From Torpedo marmorata (Eukaryota), in NCBI GenBank assembly GCA_977017645.1, contig OZ360220.1:207700001-207764000 (forward strand): DNA of 64,000 nt, written 5' to 3'. A model generated the notes under the pieces. It was given only the letters and a program-made list of their open reading frames with translations, was not told the DNA's origin and did no database searches. Of this stretch, positions 24,613 through 37,233 are shown piece by piece. The translations under genes and the position numbers were made by a program. Positions within the stretch are counted from its first letter, which is position 1. Every line of letters starts with the position of its first letter.

Positions 24613-26172
24613 CCCATTGACAACACTCAGCTTAGCTCTGATGTTGTAGTATGGCTGACATTCACCTCTAGCCCATCTTTCATTCAGATTCTTGATGACC
24701 TTCTGTAGAACTGTGTCCTTTTCTGTTTCAGCTGCTATATGCTTGGATTTCATGTCAGATATGGGAAGAGATTCAGTGATTAGGTTCACGTGGAGATTCA
24801 CATCTGTCTCTGTGGAACTCTCATTGTGTGCTTCACTCTACGTCATTGCCCTGGATAACGCATCAGCTAACACAATAGTTTTACCTGGTGTGTACACCCT
24901 CTTGACTAGGCTTAAGTTTTCACATGCTTTGTCACCAAGCAGTGATTCATGTCCATCTGGGACTACTGTGAATCTGAGGTGGTGCTCTTTATCTTTAACT
25001 TTTACCTTAAGTTTACATGTACCTTTTGTGTCGATGCTCTGTCCATTGTAGGCTTTGAGCTGTACAGGATTTGCATGGATGTATGGCTTTATCTTCATTG
25101 CCCTGATGTCGCGCTCACAGATCAAATTGCCCTATGCCCCTGTGTCCAGCTTGAAAGGAATATTTCTTCCATTTGTATGCAATGACACAGTCCACTTATC
25201 CTGCTCTACTCTGTTCACACTTGACTGTTCAGTGTCTGTTGGTTTATAATCTTCCTGCACTACCATGCCAATGAAAAGTGTGTCATTGAGAGCAGTTTCT
25301 TCTATAGTGTGTACAGTGTCTTCTATAGTGTGCACACTTTTACTTCTGTGTTGTTTCCCTTTGGAAAAACATTGCTTTGCGTAGTGATTATGCCCTTTGC
25401 ACTTATTACATACTTTTCCATAGGCTGGGCATTGTTTTGGTGCATGTTGAGTGCCACATCGTTTGCACTTGAATGTCTCTCCATCTTTTTGTTGTTTCCT
25501 ATATCTTGTTTTTTGTTTATGTGTGTTGACACACACTGTGGCTACGGCTATACCTTCGTTTTCACTGGCTTTTGTACTCTCACCAAACTTTTTCGCGTGC
25601 TGCAGAGCTAAATCACTGGCGTGGCATATCTTCACAGCTCCAGCTAAGGTAAACTCTGTCTCTCGCATCATCCTCTTTCTCACTTTCTTATCAATAATCC
25701 CGAACACAATTTGATCATGGATCATTGAATCTTGTAGCTATCCAAAATTGCATGTTCTTGCTTTTAATTTCAAGTCCGTTAAAAAAGTATCAAAGCTCTC
25801 TCCCTGCAGCTCCGTGCGCGAGCGAAACACGTACCTCTCGAATGTTTCATTTTTCTTTGGTGAACAGTGTTCATCAAACATCTCGATAACCTTGTTAAAC
25901 TTTCCCTGGTCATCTGCCTTGGCAAAAACAAATGTATTGAATACCTCTAGTGCTTGAGGTTCCGCCACGGTAAGTAGCAGTGCAATCTTCCATGCATCAG
26001 GTTTGCTATCGAGTCCAATCGCTTGCAGGTACAGCATGAGTCTTTGTTGGAACAGCCTCCACTCGTGGTCGACATTTACAGTCCAATTTATAGCATCTGG
26101 AGCCTTTACACTCTCTTTGTTTTCTCTGCTAATAACGACTGATACACACTCTGCACACTCCTGGTGTTTCTT

Positions 26173-26187
26173 CCACTCCTGGTACCA
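26173..26187 (-). promoter_or_regulatory. Primer binding site, tRNA-Leu(TAA)-like
   Basis: TGGTACCAGGAGTGG immediately after the 5' LTR. Confidence 0.75.
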
Positions 26188-26480
26188 TGTGATGTTTCTT
26201 TTATTGTAATAAAGAAACCTGTGTTATTTTAAAACAATTATATTTATTAGCTAAAGCACACACAGACAAGACCTCATGGAGGCATCCATTTTGAATCCCT
26301 GAGCTGCAACAAACTAGTCTCATACTCCCTCTAGTGGTCAGGAGGATCACTAGCACTCTATCACTACAGGAACAACAAAGATTTTCAGAGAAAGGATGAG
26401 GTGATGATTAATGAGATATGAAAGATAGTGTGTGAAACTGTTGGTGAATGGGGATTTCTTGTAAATGGTAGGTCCTAGTG

Positions 26481-26703
26481 CAGTGATTCCCAACCAGTGG
26501 GCCATGGCCTACTGGTGGGCCACACCAAGTTTCATGTGGGTCTTAAAAATGTTAAATAAAATAATTTAAATTAGATAAATATGTGTTTCTTACAGAGCTG
26601 CCTTTGACTTGAAAATATTGCTCAGTCCTTGCCACCAGTGGGCCATGGCATGTTAGTCCTGAAACCAGGTGGGCCCTACACTGAAAAAGGTTGAGAAGCA
26701 CTG
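26481..26703. mobile_element. hAT-like MITE
   Basis: Imperfect TIRs CAGTGATTCCCAACC / GGTTGAGAAGCACTG. No clear TSD. Confidence 0.6.
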
Positions 26704-26937
26704 TCGAGAAAGGATTGATGTACAGAGAGAACTTGAGATACAACTTTAAAGATCCCTGAAAGTAGATACAGGTAGATGAGATGGTGCTGGACTTCATTGG
26801 ACATGGCATGGAATATAAGAGCTGAGATGACATGGTTAGGTTACACCTGGAGTATAGAATGGGTTCTGGTCACACTGAAGAGGGCATAGGATATTCGCTA
26901 AGATGTTGCCTGGATTGAAGCATTCCAGTTAAAAGGA

Positions 26938-28270
26938 AACTATTAGAAACTTTAGAAACTATTATCTAGCTGCACAGATGCGATTTATTATATCTTTTTT
27001 TGAAAGGGTTAATACACCATCTTGGATACAACTTGGTCTGTATCCCTTGAAAGAAGAAGTTTATAGTGATTTTATATATAAATGGAATATTAAAACTATA
27101 ACTAAAATAACTGATAATTCAATTTTAAAACATTTGCTTAAGATTTGGTGGGATATCCATGAAGGTTTGGGAATTAAAAAGATAGTGTCACCTAAAACAA
27201 CCTTAAGAAAGAATGAACTTATACCTATGACTCTTAATAATAGTGCAATGGAAATTTGGAATAGTAAAGGAATTAGATATATAGAAGACTGTTATGAAAA
27301 TGGACTTCTCATGTCTTTTGAAGGAATGAAAGAGAGGTATAATTTACCTAATAGAACTGTTTTTTGCTATTTTCAGTTATGTTCATATCTTAGGAATACT
27401 TTAGGACCTGATATGGTCCTACCCTCATTGACAGATGTGGGAAAAATACTTCAAGAAGGAAATAAGTATAAATCTATTTCGAGAATGTATTTGTTGTTAC
27501 AAGATCAAGAGCTTAAATTGGGACATAATAAGTCCAGGATAAGATGGGAATCAGTCTTAGGTATAGTAATTGATGAAGAATTATGGTCAGAATTGTGTCA
27601 GAATAGTATGTTAACTACTATAAATGTACATTATAGATTGGTTTCCTACAATTTTCTTCATCAATTATATTTGACTCCACAGAAATTACATAAATTTAAA
27701 CCAAAATTATCAGAGATGTGTTTTAGATGTGGAACGGAGGTTGGTTCTTTTTTACATTCAACATGGATGTGCTGTAAGTTGAGACAATTTTGGCATAATC
27801 TCTGTGACATCTTATCTAAAGTTATTGGAGTTACTCTAATGTTAGATCCAGAGATATGCCTTTTGGGAAATTTTACTACTATTAAGGACACCTTAACTAG
27901 ATATCAAATTATATTTTTGGGAATAGCTTTTTGTGTGGCTAGAAAGTGTTTAATGACTACTTGGAAGTCAGATTCTCCATTGTCTATTGATAGATGGACC
28001 ATTAAAAATAAACAGGTTATTTTTTATAAAATTTGGCAACCTTATTTAGATTATTTGGGGTCAGGATAAATTAAATCAAAGAAGATTTGTTATTAATTTG
28101 TTTTGGGTTCCTTCACGCGATAAGCCCTGTTGCCGGGAAGCATTGGAGTTTTTCTTTCTTTTATATTTTTGAAATTAGTAATTATATAAACATTGTATTT
28201 TATTATATTTATTTTAAATGTATATATTTATGTATATATGTGATTATATACTATGTATTGTGTCTATGAA
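26938..28270 (+). mobile_element. 5'-truncated L1-clade LINE (ORF2 C-terminus and 3' UTR)
   Basis: ORF 26978-28069 with YNFLHQLYLTP and CFRCGTEVGSFLHSTWMC, homologous to the C-terminus of ORF 40284-44102. Confidence 0.88.
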
Positions 28271-28271
28271 T

Positions 28272-30040
28272 CTTTGAATCAGAATTTATTGTCATGAATA
28301 TGTCATGAAATTCATTGTTTTGCTGCTGCATTACAGTGCAAATATTGATATAAATTACATTTTTTAAAAATAAATAAATTAGTGCATAGAAGAGAAAGTG
28401 AGGTAGTTTCTGTGGTTATTTTGTCTATTCAGAAATCTGATGGCAGAGGGGAAAATGCTGTTTTTGTACTGTTGGGTGTTCATCTTCAGGCTCCTGAACC
28501 TCCTTCCTGATGGTAGCAGTGTGAAGAGAGCATGGTCTGGGTGGTAAGGGTCCTTGAGGATAGCCTCTTGTAGATGTCCTCGATGGAATGAAGACAAATG
28601 CCCATGATGGTGCTAGCTGAGTTCACAACTCTCTGTAGCCTTTTCCTGGCCCGATGCATTGGCACCTACATACCAGACAGTGATGCAACCAGTTAGAATG
28701 TTCTCCACGGTACACCTATACAAATTTGCAAGCGTCTTTGGTGACATACCAAATCTCCTCAAACTCCTCACGAAGTATAGCTGCTGGCGAGCTTCTTTGT
28801 GATTGCATCACCAAGGAGGCTCCAGAATAGGTCTGCAGAGATGTTAACACCCAACAATTTAAAGTTCTTAATGCTTTCCACTGCTGAGCCCACGATGAAG
28901 ACTGGTTTGTGTTCTCCTGATTTCCCCCTCCGGAAGTCCACAATCAGTTCCTTAGTTTTGCTAATGTTGAGTGCAAGGTTGTTGTTGCGACACCACTCAT
29001 CTAGCTAATCTATCTCACTCACTCCTGTACACTTCCTCATTGCCGTCTGTGATTCTGCTGACAACTGTGGTATCATTGGCAAATTTGTGGATGGCATTTG
29101 AATTGTGCCTGGCCACACAGTCATGGGTGGAGAGCGAGTAGAGCAGTGCGCTAAGCACGCATCCTTGAGGTGCGTCTGTGATGGTTTTCAGTGAGGAGAT
29201 GTTGTTTCCGATTCATGCTAACTGTGGTCTTCTGATGAGAAAGTCAAGGATCCAGTTACAGAGGGGGCTGTAGAGGCCCAGGTTTTGGAGCTTGTTGACC
29301 AGTGTTGAGGGTATGGTGGTGTTGAAAGCTGAGCTGTAGTCAATTAAAAGTCACCTGGTGTACATGTTGCTGTTGTCTAGGTGATCCAGAGCTGAGTGAA
29401 GAGCCAGTGAGATTGCATTTGCTGTGGAACAATTGTGGCGGAAGATGGATTGCAGTGGGTAGAGATCTTTACTTAGGTACGAGTTAATTCTGGCCATGAC
29501 CAACCTCTCAAAGAATTTCATCACAGTAGATGTGAGTGCTACTGGGCAATAGACATTGAGGCAGCTCACTCTGTTCTTCTTGGGCACCAATATGATTGAT
29601 GCTCTTTTGAAGCAGATGGGAACCTCTAACTGCAGCATTGAGAGATTGAAAATGTCCATGAACACTCCGGCTAGTTGGTTGGCACAGATTTTCAGTACCC
29701 TGCCAGATACGCCATTAGGGCCTGATGCCTTATGAGGGTTCACCCTCTAGAAGGATGTTCTGACGTTGGCCTCAGAGACAGATATCACAGGGTCGTCGTC
29801 TTCTGCAGGGATTCTCATTGGTACCATTGAGTTCACCTTTTCAAAGCGAGCATTAAAGGTGTTCAGCTCATCGAGTAGTGAAGCATCACAGCAGTTTATT
29901 ATGTTCGACTTCACCTTGTAGGATGTCATGGCCTATCTCTAGCTTCCCTCAGAATTTCCTCTTTGCTGCTGAGATAGCCTTCCATATGTCATACCTGGAC
30001 TTCCTGTAGAGATCTGGAACACCAGTCTTAAATGCACCAT
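28272..30040 (-). mobile_element. Degenerate Rex1/Babar LINE
   Basis: [48 protein letters not shown]. Confidence 0.88.
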
Positions 30041-30774
30041 GGTCCGGAGAAATACTGTTTCATTTGGTTGTATATGATCAGTCAGATGATAATAAACTTG
30101 AACTTCTGTCTCAGTAATCTCTGATTTTAGATAAGTCCACTAGAAAAAATATTCTTCCTGCTTCCACCAAGTCAAGCCATGTCAGAAGTTTCATTGAGAT
30201 CACCTTTATTCATCTAAACATGAGAGAATAGAGTCCCAGTCTAGTTAATCTTTCCTCATATAGCAAACCTGCCAACTCTAAAACCAGTTTGATAAATCTT
30301 CAGTGAACTCTCTCATAATAAATATGTCCATTTGCAGGGAAGGAAATCAGAACTGTGCAGAATACTCCAGGGTGCACAAGACAATTGCCTCCAGGATTGA
30401 CGTAAAAATCAGTAAGGACATTCTCCACCCTTGACTTCTCGCCCCCACATGGCCCAGAAACCATTTATATACACCTGCTGACGTACAAGAGACTGCAGAT
30501 GCTGGAATCTGAAACTAAATCTGTGGAGGAACTCAGCAGGTTGCATACTCTTCTCCTCCCCTTCCCTTTCATACTCTGACCTGCCTGTCCTGTGTCTTCT
30601 CCCCTGCCAGAGTTAAGCCCAATGTAAACCAGAGGAACAACACACCATATTCCATATACAGTATACAGGCCAATGATATGAATACAGAATTTTCTCCTTT
30701 CAGGTAATGAGTCCCCTCTCTCTTTTTCTGTACCCCTTTTGCTCTTCCCCATCCCCATTTAATTTTAATTTACA

Positions 30775-31010
30775 TTAAAATTTAGAGATACAGCATGGTG
30801 ATAGGCCATTCTGGCCCATGAGCCCGTGCCACTCAAATTCACCCATATGACCAATTCAGCTACTAACCCCGTATGGCTTTCGTATGTGGGAGGAAACCAG
30901 AGCACCTGGAGGAAACCCACTTGGTCATGGAGAGAAAATATAAACTGCTTACAGACAGAGGCAGATTCAAACCTGGGCTGCTGGCACTGAAATTGCCTTG
31001 CGCTAACCTA
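30775..31010 (-). mobile_element. Diverged V-SINE
   Basis: GTGGGAGGAAACCAGAGCACCTGGAGGAAACCCAC core. Confidence 0.7.
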
Positions 31011-32310
31011 CTCCTTTTTGTTCCCTTTCTCACCCACACCCACCCATTCTCAGCCCCCTCTTTTTGGCCCCATTCCATACAACCCACATTTCCACACAGG
31101 GATTCTTCTGTTCCCTTCCCCCCTCCTCCCCCAACACACCTCTGTTCCATCTGTTCTCTCTTTATACCATCATTCTCACCTTAACAAATTCCAGCATTGG
31201 CAACCTTTGTTTTCTAAGCACCCACTTCACCCTCTGTGTCTCATCTTACTCCACCTGATCCCTTTGTTTCTCTTGCCCTTCTCTCCCCTTGTCTGCCAAT
31301 CTACTGCCTCTGTCCATCATGCTTCAACTCTTCCTGTTTCATCAATCCCACACACGGCCCCAGTCCCACCCCTTCCACCCTGTCTTCTTCACACTGGCTT
31401 TTCTCCAGTCTCAATAAAGGGCTTTGGCTCAAAAACGTCATTCTTTTTCTCTCACTGATTTTGCTTGATCCACTGAGTTCCTCCAGCAATGTTTAGATGC
31501 TAAGCCAATATCAGGTCATAGAGACAGCACAGAAACAGGCTCCCTGGGCCAACTTGACCATGCCGACCAAGTTGTCTACCCAAACTAGTCCCATTTGCCT
31601 GCATTCACATCTCATCCCTCTAAGCCCCTCATATCCATGTACCTGTCTCATTAAGACTGAATTACCGCATCTCTACCTCAAAAAGCAAGTCATGATACAT
31701 TTCATTTCACACTTCAGAGGATACATCTCATTCCAAAACATCAAAGTGATCTTCAGTACTCTGCCTGGTATCTTAATTTGAAAGGGAATTGATAGTGCTT
31801 TGGTTTGTGATATATATATTTTTTTTTTGTAAATGTATTTTGCACATGTATTTTGCCAAGGAACCGTGTCTTTTTCTTTTGAGAGTGGTGGATAATAAAC
31901 ACCTGGATGCTTCCGAGTATTCGCGATTCCTAGTATTTCCCTGCCAAATGCTTTCAAACCTCAGGTTTAGACTTTACATTTAAATGTATAACAAATAAAA
32001 CAAAATAACCTTGAGAGTAAGGACTGGGAAATCTGGGAGAGCACAATTGTCCCTGATGACTACACCTGCAAGAGGTGCAACCAGCTGCAGCTCCTTACAG
32101 ACAGAGTTGGGGAACTGGAGCTGGATTAACTCCGGATTATTCGGGAGGCAGATGGGGTAATAGAAAGGAGCTTCAGGGAGACAGTCACCCCCAAAAGTCA
32201 GGAGGCATGTAGCTGGGGACTGTTAGGAGAGGGAAGGGGAAGAGGCAGTCGGTACAGAGCATCCCTGTCGCCATTCCCCTCAACAATAAATATACCATTT
32301 TGGATACTGT

Positions 32311-33830
32311 TCACAAGTTCACAAGATATAGTTGCAAAAGTAGGCCCATTGGCCCATCAAGTCTACTCCGTTATTCTAATCATGAGCTGATCCATCCACC
32401 TACTCATCCCCACTCCCTGGATTTCACCCATAACTATTGATGCCCTGACTAATCAAATGCCTGTCAATCTCTGCCTTAAACACACCCAACGACCTCACTT
32501 CCACAGCTGCCTGTGGCAACAAGTTCCACAGACTCATGACCATCTGACTAAAGAATTTTTTCCGCATCTTTGTTTAAAATTGATGCCCTTTTATCCTGAA
32601 GTTATGCCCTCTTGACCTAGAATTCATTACCATGGGAAACATCCTTGCCACATCTACTTTGTCCATGCCTTTCATCTTTCAAAATGCCTCAATGAGGTTC
32701 CCCCTGATCCTTCTGTTCTTCAACGTGTACAGTCCAAGAGCCGACGATCATTCCTCATCTACTAAACATTTCATTCCTGGTATCATTCCAGTAAATCTTC
32801 TCTGAACCCCCGCCAACGCCAGCACGTCTTTCCTTAAATGTGGTGCCCAAAACTGTACACAGTACTCCTTGTAATGGCTCACCAGTGCTTTATAGAGTCT
32901 CAACATTACATCCCTGCTGTTGTATGCTCTCCCTCTAGAAATGAATGCACACATTGCATTCGCCTTCTTCACCACCGACTCAACCTGGAGGTTAACCTTT
33001 AAGCTATTCTGCACGTGGACTCCCAAGTCCCTTTGCACCACTGCATTTTAAATTTTCTCCCCATCTAAATAATAGTCTGCCCATCTATTTCTTCTACCAA
33101 AATGCATGACTGTACACTTACCAACATTGTATTTCATCTGCCACCTCTTCGCCCATTCTCCTAATCTATCCAAGCTCTCTGCAGCCTTTTGGTATTCTCA
33201 GCAGCACCTCCCCTACCACCTATTTTGGTATCACCTGCAAATTTAGACACAAAGCCATCTATTCCATAATCCAAATCATTTATATACAACTTAAAAAGAA
33301 GCGCCCCCAACACCGACCCCTGCGGAACACCACTGATAACCGGTAGCCAACCAGAATAGGATCCCTTTATTCCTACTCTGTTTCCTGCCGACCAGCCAAT
33401 GCTCTATCCTTCCTGTAATTCCATGGGCTCTCATCTTGTTTAGCAGCCTTATGTTTGTCACCTTATTGAAGGCCTTTTGAAAGGCCAAATACACAACATC
33501 CACTGCATCTCCCCTGTGATCTCTTCAAAAAATTGCAATAGGTTTGTCAGGCATGATTTTCCTTTAAGCAAACCATGCTGACTTGGGCCTATATTTTCAT
33601 GCACCTCCAGGTATTCCGTAATCTCATTCTTGACAATCGACTCCAACAGCTTCCCAAACACCGACGTCAGGTTAATAGGTCTATAATTTCCTTTCTGCTG
33701 CCTCGCTCCCTTCTTAGAGGAGTTACATTCGCGATCCTCCAGTCCACCGGAACAATGCCAGATTCCATTGATTCCTGGAAGATCATTACCAATGCCTCCA
33801 CAATTTCCACAGCTACATCTTTCAGAACCA
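32311..33830 (-). mobile_element. Antisense CR1 3' fragment inserted in the CR1 ORF1
   Basis: NYRPINLTSV, DVVYLAFQKAF, QRDLGVHV, YCVQFWAP. Confidence 0.85.
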
Positions 33831-34454
33831 GAGGGGAAGGGAAAGGAGAAACACACGCCAGTGAGGGTAGGAATAGGAAAATGTGGCAGATGAATGTGTG
33901 GCTGAAGAGTTGGTGCAGGAGGGCAGGGATTCAGATTTGTGGATCATTGGGATCTCTTCTGGGGAAGGTCTGACCTGTACAAAAAGGATGGGTTGCACCT
34001 AAACAGGAAAGGGACCAATATCCAGGCAGGCAGGTTTGCTAGAGCTTTGGTGAGGGTTTAAACTAGTTTGGCAGGGGATAGGAACCAGAATGTGAGGGCA
34101 GAGAATAGGGCAGAAAGTGAAAAGGATGATGCTATGTGTTCTGAGTTTGTGAGGAAGGACAGGCAGGGGAGGAAGCATAAAATAAGTCAGTTGGAGGGTT
34201 GAAATGCATCTATTTCAATGTAAGGAGTATTAGGAATAAAGGAGATGAACATAGAACATGCATCAGTACATTGAATTATGATGTTGTGGCCGTTACAGAG
34301 ACTTGGCTGGCGGAAGGACAGGATTGGCTGATGCAGGTACCGGGGTTTAGGTGTTTTAAAAGGAATAGAATGGGAGGTAAGAGAGGGGGTGTGGGGAGTA
34401 GCATTACTGGTCAGGGATGGTATCATGGCTGTAGAAAGGGAGGACTCTGTAGAG

Positions 34455-35132
34455 CAGGGTTTCCCAAACTGGGTTCCGTGGAAAAGAGTAAGGATTCCAT
34501 AGAAAAAGTGATCCTCACCCCCACTGCCCGCACATCCGAACTCGCGACCACGGATCCTCATCCCAGCTCCTGCCCATCCGAACTCCCGACCGCGGATCCT
34601 CGCCCCGACGCCCGCCCATCCAAACTCACGACCGCGGATACTCGCCCCGACGCTCGCCCATCTGAACTCCCGACCGCGGATCCTCGCCCCGACGCTCGCC
34701 CATCCAAACTCCCGACCGCGGATCATCTGAAAGAATATTCAGAAAATTATAGAATATTACAATTTCTTAGTAATACAGAATTATTAGGGGCTAAATAAAA
34801 ACTAAACTTAATTCCTTTGAGAATAAATAAATACACGTAAGTATAAAAAAGGATTCCACTTTTTCATCACTTTGTATATTTACACATGCATTATTTAAAT
34901 TTAAAAGTAAAAAGATTAATTCCCAAATCACACTCGTTTCAACCTTTGTTCAAACACAAGGTAAATTATTTTATTTATCTCTTATTATTATCATTACTTG
35001 CAGGGTGTTTCTCATTATTGTAATAACGAGGGAGCACTGTACTTCCGCAAACTGTACATGAAGATTAGGGTTCCGCCATTTCCAAGTGTTCCCTAAAAGT
35101 GTTCTGTGAGCTAAAAAGTTTGGGAAACCCTG
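34455..35132. mobile_element. Non-autonomous hAT (Charlie-like) DNA transposon
   Basis: Perfect 16-bp TIR CAGGGTTTCCCAAACT and 8-bp TSD CTGTAGAG (34447-34454 and 35133-35140). Confidence 0.93.
34522..34725. repeat. 42-bp CpG-rich minisatellite (~5 units) in the hAT element
   Basis: Repeating GCCCATCCGAACTCCCGACCGCGGATCCTCGCCCCGACG. Confidence 0.85.
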
Positions 35133-36564
35133 CTGTAGAGGGAGTATCTACTGAGTCGGCGTGGGTGGAAATCAGAAATAGGAAGGGAGCAATCACTGTA
35201 CTGGGAGTAGTCTATAGGCCCCCAAATAGCCCTTGGGACACCGGGGAGCAGATAAGCAGGCAGATTTTGGAATGGTGCATAAATTACAGGGTTGTTGTTT
35301 TGGAAGACTTCAACTTCTCTATTATTGACTGGCACCTCCTGACTGCAAGAGGGATAGATTGGGCAGAATTTGTCAAGTGTGTCCAAGAAGGATTCCTGAC
35401 ACAGTATGTGGACCACCCAACTAGAGGAGAGGCCATTCTAGATCTAGTACTGGGTAATGAACCTGGTCAGGTGACAGACCTCTCGGTGGGGGAGCATTTT
35501 GGTGAGAGTGACCACAACTCCCTGAGCTTTAGCATAATTATGGATAAGGATAAAAGCAGACAAAATGGGAATGTGTTTAATTGGGGAAGGGCTAATTACG
35601 ATGGAATGAGGTAGGAACGAGGGAGAGTAAATTGGGAACAGATGTTCAAGGGAGAAAGCACAGAAGTAATGTTGAGCATGTTTAAGGAACCACTTGTATG
35701 GGTTCTGGATAGGTTTGTCCCACTGAGACAGGGAAAATAAGGAAAAGGGAACCGTGGTGGACAAAACAGGTGAGGTAATTGGTTAAGAAGAAGAAAGAAG
35801 CATACATTAGATTTAGAAAGAAAAATACAGGAAAGGCTCATGAGAATTATATGGTAGCCAGGAAGGAGCCGAAGAAAAGGCTCAGGAGAGCTCGAAGGAG
35901 GCATGAGAAGGCCTTGGCAAGTAGGATTAAGGAGAACCCCAAGGCGTTCTATGTGTAGAACAGAAGGATGACAAGAGTGAAGGTAGGGCCGCTTAAGGAT
36001 AAAGGAGGCAAATGACGGAGCAAACTCAATGGGCCAAAGGGCCTACTTTTGCTCCTATATCTTGCTTCACCAGAGAAATGGACCTTGAACAAGGTGAGGT
36101 TAGAATAGAACAAGCTTGCGTGCTGGACCATGAAAGAGGAAGTGGTGGATCTTCTTACATTAAGATTGATGTCTCTGGTGCCGGACGTGATATACCCCAC
36201 CCCAGGTTGTTATGGGAAGGAAGGGAAGAGATTGCTTGGGCGTTGGTGATGATCTTTGAGTCCTCCTTGTCCACAGGGGAGGTGCTGGAGGATTGGAGAA
36301 TGGAAAATGTGGCCCCCTTGTTTAAAAAATGTAATAGGGAGAATCCTGAGAATTATAGACCGGTGAGTCTTACGTCAGTGGTGGGCAAACTATTGTTGAG
36401 GATTCTTAAGGAGAGGATTTATGAGCATTTGGAGAAGTACAGTCTACTCAGGGATACTCAACATGGCTTTGTGAGGGCAAGGTTGTGCCTCATGAGCCTA
36501 ACTGAGTTTTTTGAGGAGGTAACAAATGAAATTGATGAACGTAGGGCGGTAGATGTGGTATATA

Positions 36565-37233
36565 TGTGAGAAAGTAGAAACAAGAGTTCTTGTCTCTCCT
36601 CCCCTAAGATATTCTTACAGTTGGGATTTCCCTGATTCGTGTAAACTATATGGTTCCAGAGAGAAAATACATTTGAATATTTATCTTAACAATGCTATAG
36701 TTGGGGGCATGTTGTTTGTGGTGGGGCCACAGGAACTGATCCCACCTTGTGAATGTAACCTTTGAATCTCACAATTAAAGCAATGGTTGACAACTGTTTA
36801 ACTGGACAGATAGCCAGCCATGTGACAAACAACTTTAGAGGCAATTTCAGGTCAGGAACCATGGGGAGATAAGATGTTTGAACTCTACATAATTTATAGT
36901 GGTCATTCTGATAAACAACTTTTGATGAGGACTGTGGGACAGGATAGCTGACTTCACATATTGCTTTGATCCTGCTTTTTGATGAATTGTTTAATTACCA
37001 GTTTTATGGAGGAAGGGTGGTTGTAAGATGGTGTAACAAGGAAGCCAGCCTGTATAAATATCCATGTCTCGGAGCACTAAGTGGGCTTTCTTGTTGTAAA
37101 ACCCAGTTGTTAGTTACTACGGCTTTGCTCACAAGAAAGTGCCCGATTACTTTATAAAGTAATAAAATTGCATTGAACTGTTGATATGGGTCTGTTGTTT
37201 TATTGTGTCCTCTAGACAGAATTTACTTTAACA
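36565..37233 (+). mobile_element. Solo LTR inserted in the CR1 RT
   Basis: TG...CA ends, TATA on both flanks, internal TATAAATA (~37053) and AATAAA (37161). It interrupts the DVVY-D-SK motif of CR1. Confidence 0.75.

Larger units (their letters stand above)
23813..26368 (-). mobile_element. Internally deleted Gypsy LTR element (tRNA-Leu primed)
   Basis: 5' LTR 26188-26368, truncated 3' LTR 23813-~23894, flanks GAAAC/GGAAC. Retains Gag with 2 CCHC, protease KLDTGA and partial integrase (WPG, GTDLF, YSDNGP). RT and most of RNase H are absent. Confidence 0.88.

Noticed and set aside
34187-34798. Repeat-protein ORFs on both strands
   Set aside because: Chimera of CR1 endonuclease start and the 42-bp MITE minisatellite.
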